DNA of 60,175 bases from Gammaproteobacteria bacterium (GCA_013151345.1 JAADIM010000038.1:1-60175), one strand, 5' to 3'. Shown: positions 31,425-41,570, counted from the stretch's first letter. Notes: generated by a model from the letters alone, not told the origin. Numbers and translations are program-made.

Positions 31425-31592
31425 GCCTTGGGACTTTCAGTCTTGGATCTTTCAGTCTTTGATCTTTGAGCCTTAGGACTTGTTTTACTACTTGTTGTTT
31501 TACTCTTTGTTTTACTCTTTGTTTTATTCTTTGTTTTATTCTGTAGGGCTTTAGGATCTTGGGTTTTGAGAACGGGGATCTTAGAACCTTTG
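31425..31592. repeat. Complex short-tandem-repeat tract in the rsd upstream region
   Basis: Five copies of a ~12-bp unit (c/a)tttgttttа(c/t)t-type, read as acttgttttact / ctttgttttact / ctttgttttatt, span 31478-31540. They are flanked by related gatctttcagtctt and cttaggatctt motifs. Confidence 0.8.
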
Positions 31593-31780
31593 TATTATTG
31601 TAATTATCAATAAACCCAGCCTATCTTAGTCAGAAAAATTTTTCAATGCATGGATGTAAAGTTTTTGTTAACAAAAGTGTTGTTCTGGGAGATATAGGAA
31701 ACTGTTATATCGATATAGCTATCGATCCGCGCTTACGGTCGGTTGCGTTAGTTCCTAGCACCTATCTAAGGAATATTTGC

Positions 31781-32236
31781 TTAAGTCTGTTGGGCACGAT
31801 GTTTGGCGGTAATAAAATCTTTATGTGAGACATAGAGTAAATCTGAAACTTTTCTAACCAAATGTTCTTCATGTTTTTCCAGTTCTTTATCTGCAAAAGC
31901 GACTAGCCACATTTGCTCGACCAGTTTTATTTTTTGTTCCTGGCTAAATTCTCGATTAATGAGTGATGTGAATTCATAATAACAAGTTGATTGCTGGGCC
32001 TCTTGTTCAGCGAGAGCGAGTAGTTCTGTAGTTTCATCGCTTGAAAGCTCAAACGTTTTTTTTATCGCATTAGTCACTATCTGCTGCTCTTCTTCCTTAA
32101 TTTCGTTATCTACTTTTGTCATTTCTATTAATAAGGCAGCTGATGCCAATTGTAATGCGTGATCCTTACTTTCCTGGCTGCTCTCATGTCCGAGATTCAG
32201 GTGTGTGTCGAAAAATTGTTTGATCGTGCCAATCAT
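31781..32236 (-). CDS. TerB-family (tellurite-resistance-like) protein
   Basis: The 151-aa helical protein has an 'ALLIEMTKVDNEIKEEE ... MWLVAFADKELEKHEEHLVRKV' pattern typical of TerB/DjlA-N domains. Confidence 0.6.
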   Translation of the reverse strand: MIGTIKQFFDTHLNLGHESSQESKDHALQLASAALLIEMTKVDNEIKEEEQQIVTNAIKKTFELSSDETTELLALAEQEAQQSTCYYEFTSLINREFSQEQKIKLVEQMWLVAFADKELEKHEEHLVRKVSDLLYVSHKDFITAKHRAQQT

Positions 32237-32354
32237 TGTGTCGTTACCTGTGTAATATGTTAGAAGTGGCTAAAACGCCCAATATTTTGTAATTTTCTAT
32301 TGCCTAAAATATCATACTTGAAAGCGTAAGTGATAAAAACTGTTGCCTTACACT

Positions 32355-32417
32355 CTTTGTGGTATTAAGGTTGTGGTAAAGGTTGTGGTATAAGGTTGTG
32401 GTGAAAAGTTCGTGATG
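32355..32417. repeat. Five imperfect tandem copies of aaggttgtggt(a/at/ga)
   Basis: The repeats are read directly from the sequence. They lie in the divergent intergenic region between the terB-like gene and the 520-aa lipoprotein gene. Confidence 0.8.
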
Positions 32418-32454
32418 CAAAGCTACAAGCAACAATTTTGAGAAGAAAAATTCT

Positions 32455-34017
32455 ATGGACCTTGTGCTTCAATTTAACAAGAACTTTATTACTTTAATTA
32501 TCTATATTTTTTTAATTCTGGCGCTTAGCAATTGCGCTTATTCACCATCTGTTCCTCACATATCGTCCCCCTTACTAGAGAACCTGCAGCTTTCGAAAAC
32601 ACAAGATTGTTCCGAATTTTTTGTGGCAATTGACCGGGCTGTGTTTGCCGCAGCGGTAGTGGATGCTGGTGAAACCCGGCTACCTGGTTTTCCGTATCTG
32701 CGTATCAATCGTTTTTTAGCCTCAATTGATAATCTGATCGAGAATAATCAACGTTTTTCAGCTTGGGTAGATCGACTGCAATTACTAGACCAGCAAGCAA
32801 GAAGGATTGAATTAGCCAATCTTCCACAACAAGTCAGCCAAGAACTTAAGACCCGATTTTATTCTACTCTCCTTATGCAGAACACCAGTAATAAAACACT
32901 CATTGATATTGTGTTTGCGTGCGGAGACATGCTTCGTAATGCAGATATGAGTGATAATAGCTTAAAAAACAAGTTGCTTAGTTTAAAGGCTTATCCCGAC
33001 GAATATCAAATGGTAAATCGAGTGTTTGGTATATACCCGATAACGGCTTTATTCGTAAAGCTCGGCGTCAATTCCTACCAGCGGGAAACACATGATACGT
33101 TTAGCATACCCTTACAACAATTAGCAGTTAAAGGGCGAGTACAGCATTATGTATTAGATAATAAAACTGGCGGGTCTATGTTAATGCCGCAGGTAGAAGT
33201 GCAGAAAATTATGAACTCTTCTGCTAATAATGTATTAGACATACCAGAGCCTTCGGCAAAAGAAAAACAGAGATTATTTGCGGCTTTCGCGCCAGTTATT
33301 AAGGTCGATACTGTGGATCGATATGATCGGCTGGGCAAGCCGGTATGGCGTGAAGAGCAAGTCCCCCAGATTGATACTGACACTCCGGAGTTGTATACGC
33401 TGATTTCGCATGTTAGGTTTGGCGAACAAATATTGTTACAACTCAACTATATAATGTGGTTTCCAGGGAGGCCGTTGGACGGAACGTTTGACATTCTTGG
33501 GGGTCATATTGATGGTATTACCTGGCGTGTAACAATTGGCCGTGATGGACGGCCACTTATATATGATGTTATGCATAATTGCGGTTGTTACCACATGTTT
33601 TTTCCAACGGTGCAGCTGAGTTTAAAGGATGTTGGCGGAGTGTACCAAGAAGCGCCTTTGGTGCCGCAGCGTGGACCCGATAGATTTAATAAGAAAATTA
33701 TTTTACAGATCGAAAGTAAAACGCATTATTTGCAACGTGTAATGACGGCGGAGAAAACGTATGGTATCCCTTATGTTTTGAAGGATTATAGTTTGTTGCG
33801 CTCTCTTCCATATAGTACCAGCAGACGGAAAAGTTTGTTTGAATGGAATGGTATTGTAAAGGGAACCGAGCGTGCAGAACGTTGGTTGTTGTGGCCTATG
33901 GGTGTGCCTGAGCCAGGCGCGATGCGCCAATGGGGGCGGCATGCTACCGCTTTTTTAGGGCGGAGGCATTTTGATGATCCTGGGTTGTTGGATCGATATT
34001 TTATTTATTCGAAATAA
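32455..34017 (+). CDS. Conserved-looking lipoprotein of unknown function
   Basis: The 520-aa ORF has a lipobox 'LALSNC'. I recognise no domain. Notable motifs are 'HNCGCYHMFFP' and 'GRHATAFLGRRHFDDP'. Confidence 0.6.
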   Translation: MDLVLQFNKNFITLIIYIFLILALSNCAYSPSVPHISSPLLENLQLSKTQDCSEFFVAIDRAVFAAAVVDAGETRLPGFPYLRINRFLASIDNLIENNQRFSAWVDRLQLLDQQARRIELANLPQQVSQELKTRFYSTLLMQNTSNKTLIDIVFACGDMLRNADMSDNSLKNKLLSLKAYPDEYQMVNRVFGIYPITALFVKLGVNSYQRETHDTFSIPLQQLAVKGRVQHYVLDNKTGGSMLMPQVEVQKIMNSSANNVLDIPEPSAKEKQRLFAAFAPVIKVDTVDRYDRLGKPVWREEQVPQIDTDTPELYTLISHVRFGEQILLQLNYIMWFPGRPLDGTFDILGGHIDGITWRVTIGRDGRPLIYDVMHNCGCYHMFFPTVQLSLKDVGGVYQEAPLVPQRGPDRFNKKIILQIESKTHYLQRVMTAEKTYGIPYVLKDYSLLRSLPYSTSRRKSLFEWNGIVKGTERAERWLLWPMGVPEPGAMRQWGRHATAFLGRRHFDDPGLLDRYFIYSK

Positions 34018-34127
34018 AGTTAGATGGCGTTTAAGATAAATATCGTATGCAGTTAGATCAAAATTTTAGCTGCGCGGTTATTGTATTTTTAAGGTGTTTT
34101 TTTTTGGGTCTTGTTTTGGAGGTAATA

Positions 34128-34619
34128 ATGCCGCGTATTATTAAAGTGTTTATTTTAATGGTTTCGTTCATGATGGTGTCGCCATCTGTATATTCGAGCG
34201 TTGAGAGTGAAATTAATACCATATTGGCGCATTCCAAAGAGCCACCTGTCGGTGTGGTTTTTGAAGTTGTGGAAAGTGACGAATCCGCTCTTGCTTGGGC
34301 AATTCCTGAAATTAAAAAATACGCAAAGAAATTAAAGCAAACGTTTAAAGGAATAAATGTTGCAGTCGTCTCTCATGGTTCGGAAGAATTTGCATTAATG
34401 ACAAAAAATAGCAAGAAATATGCGTCTATACATAAAGAGGTTAAGCAACTTGTAACGAATGAAGATATTCCGGTTCATGTTTGTGGTACCCATGCGTCTT
34501 GGTATGGTGAAGACGAAGAAAGTTTTCCGAGTTATGTCGATGTCTCACCTGTTGGGCCGGCTCAAATCAATGATTATGTGAATCTTGGGTATATATTGGT
34601 TGTGATGGAAAAACCTTAA
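34128..34619 (+). CDS. Small secreted protein, possibly with a DsrE/DsrF-like fold
   Basis: I trimmed the start to 'MPRIIKVFILMVSFMMVSPSVYS' (signal peptide). The alternating beta-alpha pattern 'VGVVFEVV...VAVVSHGSE...VHVCGT' is reminiscent of DsrE-like proteins, but the assignment is weak. Confidence 0.4.
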   Translation: MPRIIKVFILMVSFMMVSPSVYSSVESEINTILAHSKEPPVGVVFEVVESDESALAWAIPEIKKYAKKLKQTFKGINVAVVSHGSEEFALMTKNSKKYASIHKEVKQLVTNEDIPVHVCGTHASWYGEDEESFPSYVDVSPVGPAQINDYVNLGYILVVMEKP

Positions 34620-34679
34620 ATCACCGTATGTATTATGTTGCTTGTGAGGCCACATAACTTATATATTATTTAACTTAAT

Positions 34680-35327
34680 ATGGTTTCTACAAACATTGAT
34701 TTACTTGTTCTTGCTTGTACCTGGATACTCTATTTTTTGCTGCACTCTTTATTAGCATCACTCGGTGTAAAACAATGGGTTGCACAAAAATACCCGTTTA
34801 CGGCTCAGTTTTATCGTGCAGGGTATAATATTTTTGCAATAGTGTTGATTATTCCACCTTTATGGTTGATGTATTTCCTTGGTGGCGCGGTAGTGTGGGA
34901 ATGGAAGGGAATTGGTTCCTATTTTTCGAATGCATTAGGCACGTTTGCGGTGATCGGGTTTCTTTGGAGTTTACGTTATTATGACGGGATGGCATTTCTT
35001 GGTTTACGTCAGATCAAGTCCAAAAATGCTAATGTGGAAGATCAAGAGCAATTTTGTATATCGCCATTACATCGTCTCGTCAGGCACCCCTGGTATTTTC
35101 TGGCAATAGTTTTTATCTGGAGCAGGGACATGGACACTGCATTTTTAGTCTCGTCTGTCTGCATAACATTATATTTTATTGTCGGGTCCTGGTTCGAGGA
35201 ACGAAAACTGGCGGTTTATCACGGCGATATGTATCGCCGATATCAACGCTACGTACCGGGGGTATTGCCAGTGCCGTGGCGTTACCTGAACAAAGAAAAG
35301 TTAGATGATGTGCGGTCGTTGAAGTAG
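34680..35327 (+). CDS. Membrane methyltransferase family protein (ICMT/PEMT/NnrU-like)
   Basis: The ORF has 4-5 TM helices and 'HRLVRHPWYFLAIVFIW ... EERKLAVYHGDMYRRYQRYVP', typical of isoprenylcysteine/phospholipid methyltransferase-type proteins. Confidence 0.65.
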   Translation: MVSTNIDLLVLACTWILYFLLHSLLASLGVKQWVAQKYPFTAQFYRAGYNIFAIVLIIPPLWLMYFLGGAVVWEWKGIGSYFSNALGTFAVIGFLWSLRYYDGMAFLGLRQIKSKNANVEDQEQFCISPLHRLVRHPWYFLAIVFIWSRDMDTAFLVSSVCITLYFIVGSWFEERKLAVYHGDMYRRYQRYVPGVLPVPWRYLNKEKLDDVRSLK

Positions 35328-35472
35328 TTGATAGCTATTTATTGATAAGAATGGTCAAGATTTTTTGTGTTCTGCGTTAAGCTGATGTTCAGCTATTATA
35401 AAATATAATGATCAAAAAATAGAGAATAATAAAAATTGAGAATAATAGGTTATTAAAGGATGGGGAAATAAA

Positions 35473-35757
35473 ATGAGTCAAACTGTTGCAATAACTAGAG
35501 TCAAAAAAGCAGCGGCTGATACCAAGCCATCTCCGGATGTAATGGCAAGGCTAGGCCCTGGGTGTTATGTAAAGGTAGGTGAAGAAACGGGTTTGTTTTG
35601 GGCTGAAATAACGGCGGTAGAAGGCAGTAAATTTACCGGAGTGGTGCAGCAAATTTTTGCTGGCGCAAAACAATACGGTATCGTCACTGGCAGTGAAATA
35701 TGTTTTGAGAAGCAACTTGTCAGTGGTACTGGCTGCGATAAATATTGTTGGTGTTAG
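35473..35757 (+). CDS. Hypothetical 94-aa protein with a Cys-rich C-terminus
   Basis: A GGAtGGGGA Shine-Dalgarno-like tract precedes the ATG. The protein ends in 'GTGCDKYCWC'. No family is recognised. Confidence 0.4.
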   Translation: MSQTVAITRVKKAAADTKPSPDVMARLGPGCYVKVGEETGLFWAEITAVEGSKFTGVVQQIFAGAKQYGIVTGSEICFEKQLVSGTGCDKYCWC

Positions 35758-36200
35758 TGTTCTTTAGCTGTTCCCAGCCCAATGGTAGATTGTTTTGCCC
35801 GGATAAATTTAATGATGTGTCCGGTTTGGGGTGGTGAGATGCCTTTCACTGGCGGCATATTCCCGAAACGCCAATGATGTTGGTAAGTGCCGAATTGCAC
35901 TGCTTTATAAAAATGCATGTCTGAGTGATGGTTGGGTTTGTAGATGTGGTGGGCCAAGGGTGGGCCTTGACGAGTTCCGTCCGCTTTAGGGCCGTGGCAC
36001 GCTGAACAATATTCAGAATATAATAATTCTCCTTTTTGTTCATCGGCGACAAAGTCAATTGGTGGTACTACAACTTTTAGCCTGCTTTCCTTTCGATCTG
36101 GGAGGCTGCAAGCAGTCACTAGATAAATCGTGGCCACATAAAATGTGGCCAGACAAACAATCCTTGTTAGGGGGCGGCTAGTAAAGGGTAACTTCAACAT
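35754..36200 (-). CDS. Monohaem class-I cytochrome c lipoprotein
   Basis: There is a single haem motif 'CSACH', a lipobox-like 'VTACS' and a distal 'GNMPP' Met-ligand context. Confidence 0.7.
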   Translation of the reverse strand: MLKLPFTSRPLTRIVCLATFYVATIYLVTACSLPDRKESRLKVVVPPIDFVADEQKGELLYSEYCSACHGPKADGTRQGPPLAHHIYKPNHHSDMHFYKAVQFGTYQHHWRFGNMPPVKGISPPQTGHIIKFIRAKQSTIGLGTAKEH

Positions 36201-37413
36201 CGATAGTCTTATCGTTACCCCAGCTTTTTCGTTTCATTGTCAGTACAACTTTATCGCCAGGTTTTTTTTCCAATAATGCAAATTTTACATCAGTCATAGA
36301 TTTAATGTTTTGCCCATCTATTTTACTGAAACGATCTTCATTTTTTACACCGGCAATTTTAGCTGGACTGTGTTCTGAAAAACCGGAAACAGCGATATCG
36401 CCAGTTTTTACTTCATCCATGAGGACACCAAGCCGTCCCGCTTTAGTGAGTCTTAATGGTTCCGGTAAGAGTACAAAGTCTGCCAGGTCCGGGCTGGGTT
36501 TATTGAGAAATCCATTTAATACAATTGCGGAATCAACTTTTGGCAATCGGCGTGTCAGACGTTGTGGGATGCCATAGCCATAAACCAAGTGGCCGCCACC
36601 GGCCAATATAATCATTCGTTTCTCCGGGTGCTTGTTATAGTAATTTGCGGCACTTTGCGCCATCCCTTCATCACGTACTAATTGCACATCAATAAAATTA
36701 TCAAAGCTTTTGCTGCCCGTGGTCGGGTGTCTTTTATATATTGATTCCAAAAATTCACGATATTTTTCATTAGATCGATCAATGTCTTCTGGCAAATGCT
36801 TCTTGTCTTCTTCGTTCAGGCCATCAACACCGCTCATGCCGACTTTGCGTTGAATTTCTTCCAGTACATCCAGTGCAAGCAATGGGATGGAATGTTTTTT
36901 TGCAAATTGAATAATTGGTCGGTAGTAGCGATAATCAATGCGCCAGCGTTTAAAGAACTCTGTTTTCTTAAGAAATTCACGTTCATCTATAGTGCCATTA
37001 ATAAACTCATCCATATATATTTGAAATGGCTGCTGGAAAAATTCCATACCGATTACAATATTGGGATCTTCGGCGTGCATACGTTTGATAATTTCTAATT
37101 GGTTCAGATGGTGCGACATGCGGTCATGACTTTCGCCAATGAAAATTATGCGTTTGCGAAACAATTCATTTATGACGCCGTCAAAATCAGGCATATTTTT
37201 TAAATGCAATGCTGCAGGCAATTTGTAAGTGTCAGGTTTGCTCGGTTCCCAGACAGCGATATTAGATTGGCCATGATTATTGTGCTGCTTGCCTGTTACC
37301 TGATGCGGCGAAACGGATTGGCATGATGTAAGAATGCTCGCGGCAGTCAATATGAAGAAAGAAAGCATTACGAACTGCGATTTAGTAAATTTATTCTGCA
37401 ATGGGTCAAACAT
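36178..37413 (-). CDS. ChaN-family (Tiki/TraB superfamily, haem-binding-uptake-like) lipoprotein with a C-terminal PDZ domain
   Basis: A lipobox 'LTSC' and the ChaN hallmark 'IIFIGESHDRMSHH' are present. The C-terminal ~90 aa are PDZ-like ('GVLMDEVKTGDIAVSGFSEHSPAKIAGVKNEDRFSKIDGQNI'). Confidence 0.7.
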   Translation of the reverse strand: MFDPLQNKFTKSQFVMLSFFILTAASILTSCQSVSPHQVTGKQHNNHGQSNIAVWEPSKPDTYKLPAALHLKNMPDFDGVINELFRKRIIFIGESHDRMSHHLNQLEIIKRMHAEDPNIVIGMEFFQQPFQIYMDEFINGTIDEREFLKKTEFFKRWRIDYRYYRPIIQFAKKHSIPLLALDVLEEIQRKVGMSGVDGLNEEDKKHLPEDIDRSNEKYREFLESIYKRHPTTGSKSFDNFIDVQLVRDEGMAQSAANYYNKHPEKRMIILAGGGHLVYGYGIPQRLTRRLPKVDSAIVLNGFLNKPSPDLADFVLLPEPLRLTKAGRLGVLMDEVKTGDIAVSGFSEHSPAKIAGVKNEDRFSKIDGQNIKSMTDVKFALLEKKPGDKVVLTMKRKSWGNDKTIDVEVTLY

Positions 37414-37748
37414 ATTAATTACCTTTCAGCTTTGATTTTAAGAGCTTTGATTTTAAGTTTTGAAAATTTAATCTGTTGAATTTTGTGTTGTGGCATTGAT
37501 TAAATGCCTGATGGTGAAATTATAGCCACTACATCATGATCATGTGCGCCAAACGAACGGTATTTTACCGTCATTGTCTGAATGAAAATACACCTTATAT
37601 ATGCAAATAGAAATAATACTTATTGTATAGGAAGGGGCGTTAGGCATATCACTGTTATTGCTAGTAGCTAATTTATTTTCGTATAAAAATTCCCCGTATA
37701 TAAATTTTCCATAAAATAAATATGGTATTAATTTATACGTATATAATA

Positions 37749-38735
37749 TCAATGTAGCTGTGCGCCATAAATCGCGTCAGCAAAAGTGGGTGTGATCAGT
37801 TTGCATTCAAGATGATCATCCCAGGGTACCAATATTGCTGCATCACTTATTCCCAGGCTGGTTAATTGGTGAGGCACACCAAGCCTGTCAATGATATGCC
37901 AGCTACCCATGATACCAATAAACAAAGGGGCATCAGACGTGCTGGTAGCAGATGCTACGCCTTCTGCTATGGCACGGTCCCATAAAAGTTGCCCTTGTAC
38001 AAACAGATGAAACTTTTCCCCCTCTTTTTTAAAACCAATAGCCGCTTGTTTGTTATTCTGAGGGCTTAATGGTGGATGGTGTCGTAAAAAGCTTGCTGCA
38101 AGTAGGTTCAAATAATCGACGCTAGGCTTGGCCGGATCAGACAGTCCTTCTTTTTCGTTTTCGGGAATGGCTTTCCAGCCATTTTTACGTACTTTTTCCA
38201 TGAGTGCGCGATCTACATTCAATGCGCGCATCGGCAGATGATTGCTTTTAGCGTATTTGAAAAGAGGCATATACAAGGATATATCGAAACTCCAAAAAGA
38301 GCTCCAGTCTAGTTTTTCTACAAATTCCTTTTCAGTTAATTTACCGTTTACCCATTGGTCAAGTATTGGCTGTAAGCGGCGTGGAAACATTTCAAAGCCC
38401 AGAACCAGGTCTTTTTTTATCGAATATAAGGATTGAATAGTTTGTAAATGCCAACGATGGTGTGCTTCATTATTATGATGTTCGCCTAATAAAACAACGC
38501 GTTTTGTAGATACTTGCCTTAGCAAGTCGGATTTGGATATTGCTTTGTTTTCATTCGGCAACCACCATTGTTGTTCGGCGATGCAACTTTCTTTTGCGTT
38601 AGTAGTATCGCCATGTAATTCATTTTTTTGATTTGTTTCAATCGCTGCAAGCAATAAGGTATTTGTGTTAAGCAGTGTGAAAATAGCAACTAGCCGGATG
38701 ACAAACAATATTATTTGGTTGTTGATAAATTTCAT
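37749..38735 (-). CDS. ChaN-family periplasmic protein (paralogue without PDZ)
   Basis: A signal peptide and 'VVLLGEHHNNEAHHRWH' are present. The layout parallels the neighbouring ChaN-PDZ protein. Confidence 0.7.
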   Translation of the reverse strand: MKFINNQIILFVIRLVAIFTLLNTNTLLLAAIETNQKNELHGDTTNAKESCIAEQQWWLPNENKAISKSDLLRQVSTKRVVLLGEHHNNEAHHRWHLQTIQSLYSIKKDLVLGFEMFPRRLQPILDQWVNGKLTEKEFVEKLDWSSFWSFDISLYMPLFKYAKSNHLPMRALNVDRALMEKVRKNGWKAIPENEKEGLSDPAKPSVDYLNLLAASFLRHHPPLSPQNNKQAAIGFKKEGEKFHLFVQGQLLWDRAIAEGVASATSTSDAPLFIGIMGSWHIIDRLGVPHQLTSLGISDAAILVPWDDHLECKLITPTFADAIYGAQLH

Positions 38736-38762
38736 TAGCCCGGTTTATTCAATCCAATTTGC

Positions 38763-40283
38763 TCAATCTAATTTAAACAGAATCCCTTGTGCAAGGGGGA
38801 GTTCATTACTCCAATTAATAGTATTGGTCTGTCGTCGCATATAGGCTTTCCAGGCATCAGAACCGGCTTCGCGTCCGCCTCCAGTTTCTTTCTCACCCCC
38901 GAAAGCACCGCCTATTTCTGCACCGGATGTGCCGATATTGACGTTGGCTATACCGCAATCGCTCCCCAATGATGATAGATATATTTCCGCAACTTGTAGG
39001 TTGCGGGTAAATATTGCCGACGAAAGCCCCTGCGGGACATCGTTTTGCATTGCAATTGCGTCTTCCAAATTGTTATATGAAATAAGATAAAGAATGGGTG
39101 CAAATGTTTCCTGTTGTACTATGTCCCAATTATTCTCAGCGCGTATCAGCGTTGGCTGCACAAAATGTCCATTGCTTTTTATAGTTTCGCCACCCACTAG
39201 AATTTCGCCGCCTGCTTTGCGAATTTCGCTAATAGTGTGATTGAAAGAATCGACTGCTGTTTGATCTATGAGCGGACCAAGCAAAACATCTGGATCAAGT
39301 GGGTCACCATGGCGAATTTGAGTGTATGCATGCGTTAATTTGTTAGTCAGTTCTTTTTCTATTGATTCGTGCACGAAAAGCCTGCGAGTGCTAGTGCAGC
39401 GTTGGCCTGCGGTGCCGATAGCACCAAATAAGATGGCAGGTATCGCCAGGTTTAAGTCAGCTTCTTTATCGACGATGATCGCGTTGTTACCACCCAGCTC
39501 TAACAGGCAGCGTCCCATTCGCTTGGCGACTGTTTCATAAACATGGCGGCCAATTGAGCAAGATCCTGTGAATGAGATGAGTGGTATGCGTTTATCTGCA
39601 ACAAAATTTTCTTTTACCGTCTCGTCTTTGCTTATAAACATTGTAAATATACTGGGATAGTCGTTGTCATTTAAAACTTTATTGCAAATATGTTGCACGG
39701 CAATGGCGCATAGCGGTACTTTCGTAGACGGTTTCCAGATAACCGTATTACCTGCAATGGCTGCGATAAATGCGTTCCATGCCCACACGGCAACCGGAAA
39801 GTTAAATGCGGTAATAACACCAACAATACCCACTGGGTGCCACTGTTCATACATACGGTGTTGGGGGCGCTCGGAATGCATGGTGTTACCATATAACATG
39901 CGTGATTGACCAACTGCAAAATCGGCCATGTCTATCATTTCCTGGACTTCGCCATCGCCTTCCTGTTTTATTTTGCCCATTTCCAAAGAGACCAGACTAC
40001 CCAGTGCATCTTTATAGTCGCGTAATGCGTTGCCTATTTTTCGAATCAGTTCACCACGCAGTGGGGCCGGAACACTTCGCCACTGATGAAATGCCTCTTG
40101 AGAATTTTTAATGAGTTGGTCGTATTCTTTCTGGGTGCTTAACGCGATACTTGCAATACGTTCATTGGTGGCAGGGTTAAAGGATTCTAACGATTCCTTT
40201 CCATCAGTATCCATCCATTGTGATGCGCCGAGACAACTTCCCGAATTCATTTCTTGAATGCCAAGTCGTTCTAGAAAGTCCAT
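38763..40283 (-). CDS. amaB: ALDH7-type aldehyde dehydrogenase (alpha-aminoadipic semialdehyde / piperideine-6-carboxylate dehydrogenase)
   Basis: The 506-aa ORF has '[24 protein letters not shown]' and '[14 protein letters not shown]', which are characteristic of the ALDH7/antiquitin branch. Catalytic contexts 'LELGGNNA' and 'GQRCTS' are also present. Confidence 0.82.
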   Translation of the reverse strand: MDFLERLGIQEMNSGSCLGASQWMDTDGKESLESFNPATNERIASIALSTQKEYDQLIKNSQEAFHQWRSVPAPLRGELIRKIGNALRDYKDALGSLVSLEMGKIKQEGDGEVQEMIDMADFAVGQSRMLYGNTMHSERPQHRMYEQWHPVGIVGVITAFNFPVAVWAWNAFIAAIAGNTVIWKPSTKVPLCAIAVQHICNKVLNDNDYPSIFTMFISKDETVKENFVADKRIPLISFTGSCSIGRHVYETVAKRMGRCLLELGGNNAIIVDKEADLNLAIPAILFGAIGTAGQRCTSTRRLFVHESIEKELTNKLTHAYTQIRHGDPLDPDVLLGPLIDQTAVDSFNHTISEIRKAGGEILVGGETIKSNGHFVQPTLIRAENNWDIVQQETFAPILYLISYNNLEDAIAMQNDVPQGLSSAIFTRNLQVAEIYLSSLGSDCGIANVNIGTSGAEIGGAFGGEKETGGGREAGSDAWKAYMRRQTNTINWSNELPLAQGILFKLD

Positions 40284-40303
40284 GAAACTGATTCTCGTGT
40301 TAT

Positions 40304-41416
40304 TTAAGTCCGGCCTGTAGAATAATACTGGCCAAAACGATTAGTTAAAAAGTCCTGTAATTGAAAGCTTTCTTGTGTAACAAACCCCTGGTGTGCTTTG
40401 GGGTTTTCTAAGACGAGATCCAACACGCCGCAAATACCTGCTGCCGTCGTGATTTGAATCGCAGACCACAAAATGCCGGCAATTTCTTGGGGGTAGATTT
40501 TTTGTACAAAATTTTTCTCGTACAATTGACCATTTCTCATGCCCGATACCGATACGTAAATAAGAACCACATCCTGGGTTGTTTTCGGAATGGCGTTTTC
40601 CAGGATTTGTTTTAAGATGCCACGGTTTTCATTTAGTCTGAGTTCGTTCATGAGTAACTGTATTTTTCCACAGTGTCCTGGGTATCGAAGCGTTTTGTAG
40701 TTCATTCTATGAATTTTGCCGACGTAAGTGTTTGCTAATGAGCCTAGCCCACCCGAAGTATTAAATGCTTCATATAATAAGCCATCAAGCGTAATGGTTT
40801 CGTAGCCTTCCAGAGGTTGGGTAACGACCGCTTCGCCATGTTCAATTGCCTGGCATGGGTTTCCATATTCATTAATTAAACCATCAGTCGACCAGGTAAG
40901 TGAATATTTCAGCACGTTGCTGGGATTGACTGGTAACGCTCCCACCCGCATTTTGACTGTATCAAGCGAGTCAAATTGTTGCATCAAGTCATTTGCAACG
41001 ATGCTGATAAACCCGGGCGCGAGGCCGCATTGTGGTACGAATGCGGTTTTGGCATTTTTACTCAATGCTTTTACTTGATTAGTGACATTGACATCTTCAG
41101 TGAGGTCCAAATAGTGTGTTTCGTTATCCCGCGCGAGTTTTGCGATCATCGGATTGCAGTAATACGGGAGTGCTGAGATAATAGCCTCAGGTTTTGTTTT
41201 TTTTATATAGTTCGAAACGAGTTGCTCATTTGTTGCATCCATTGAAGTGAATGTGAGGTTCTTTAAATAAGGGGCTGAATCACTTGTTTTGCGCAAGCGA
41301 CCCGATGCTTCTTCGCTACGCTCCACCAAATGAACGTCATATTCGCCTGAATCTGCGAGAAGACAGGTGATGAGTGAGCCAATTTTTCCCGCGCCTAGTA
41401 CCAGAACTCGATGCAT
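40304..41416 (-). CDS. Saccharopine dehydrogenase-family NAD(P) oxidoreductase (lysine 6-dehydrogenase-like)
   Basis: The ORF has an N-terminal Rossmann motif '[13 protein letters not shown]' and is ~370 aa. It is paired with the ALDH7-type gene 20 nt downstream. Confidence 0.65.
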   Translation of the reverse strand: MHRVLVLGAGKIGSLITCLLADSGEYDVHLVERSEEASGRLRKTSDSAPYLKNLTFTSMDATNEQLVSNYIKKTKPEAIISALPYYCNPMIAKLARDNETHYLDLTEDVNVTNQVKALSKNAKTAFVPQCGLAPGFISIVANDLMQQFDSLDTVKMRVGALPVNPSNVLKYSLTWSTDGLINEYGNPCQAIEHGEAVVTQPLEGYETITLDGLLYEAFNTSGGLGSLANTYVGKIHRMNYKTLRYPGHCGKIQLLMNELRLNENRGILKQILENAIPKTTQDVVLIYVSVSGMRNGQLYEKNFVQKIYPQEIAGILWSAIQITTAAGICGVLDLVLENPKAHQGFVTQESFQLQDFLTNRFGQYYSTGRT

Positions 41417-41570
41417 TATTAATTCCTTTTTGATTGTTTTTTAACTAAAAACCGTTGAGAAAAGAACAAATTGTCTGTTTCTAATGAATCGGCATTCCGG
41501 CCAATAATATTAGGCAGGTAATTAGTCCACGGCAGGCATGAATGGTGCTTATATTTGCGAAAAATCTATA

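Noticed and set aside
31478-31540. Whether any of the tandem arrays (this one and those at 32355, 13842 and 44357) could be CRISPR
   Set aside because: The units are 12-15 bp and directly abut one another, with no unique spacers. No cas genes are present.
37540-37752. 70-aa minus-strand ORF between the two ChaN genes
   Set aside because: It is a Tyr/Ile/Lys/Phe-rich translation of a very AT-rich intergenic stretch. It has no Shine-Dalgarno sequence and overlaps the upstream gene's stop, so it is most likely non-coding promoter DNA.
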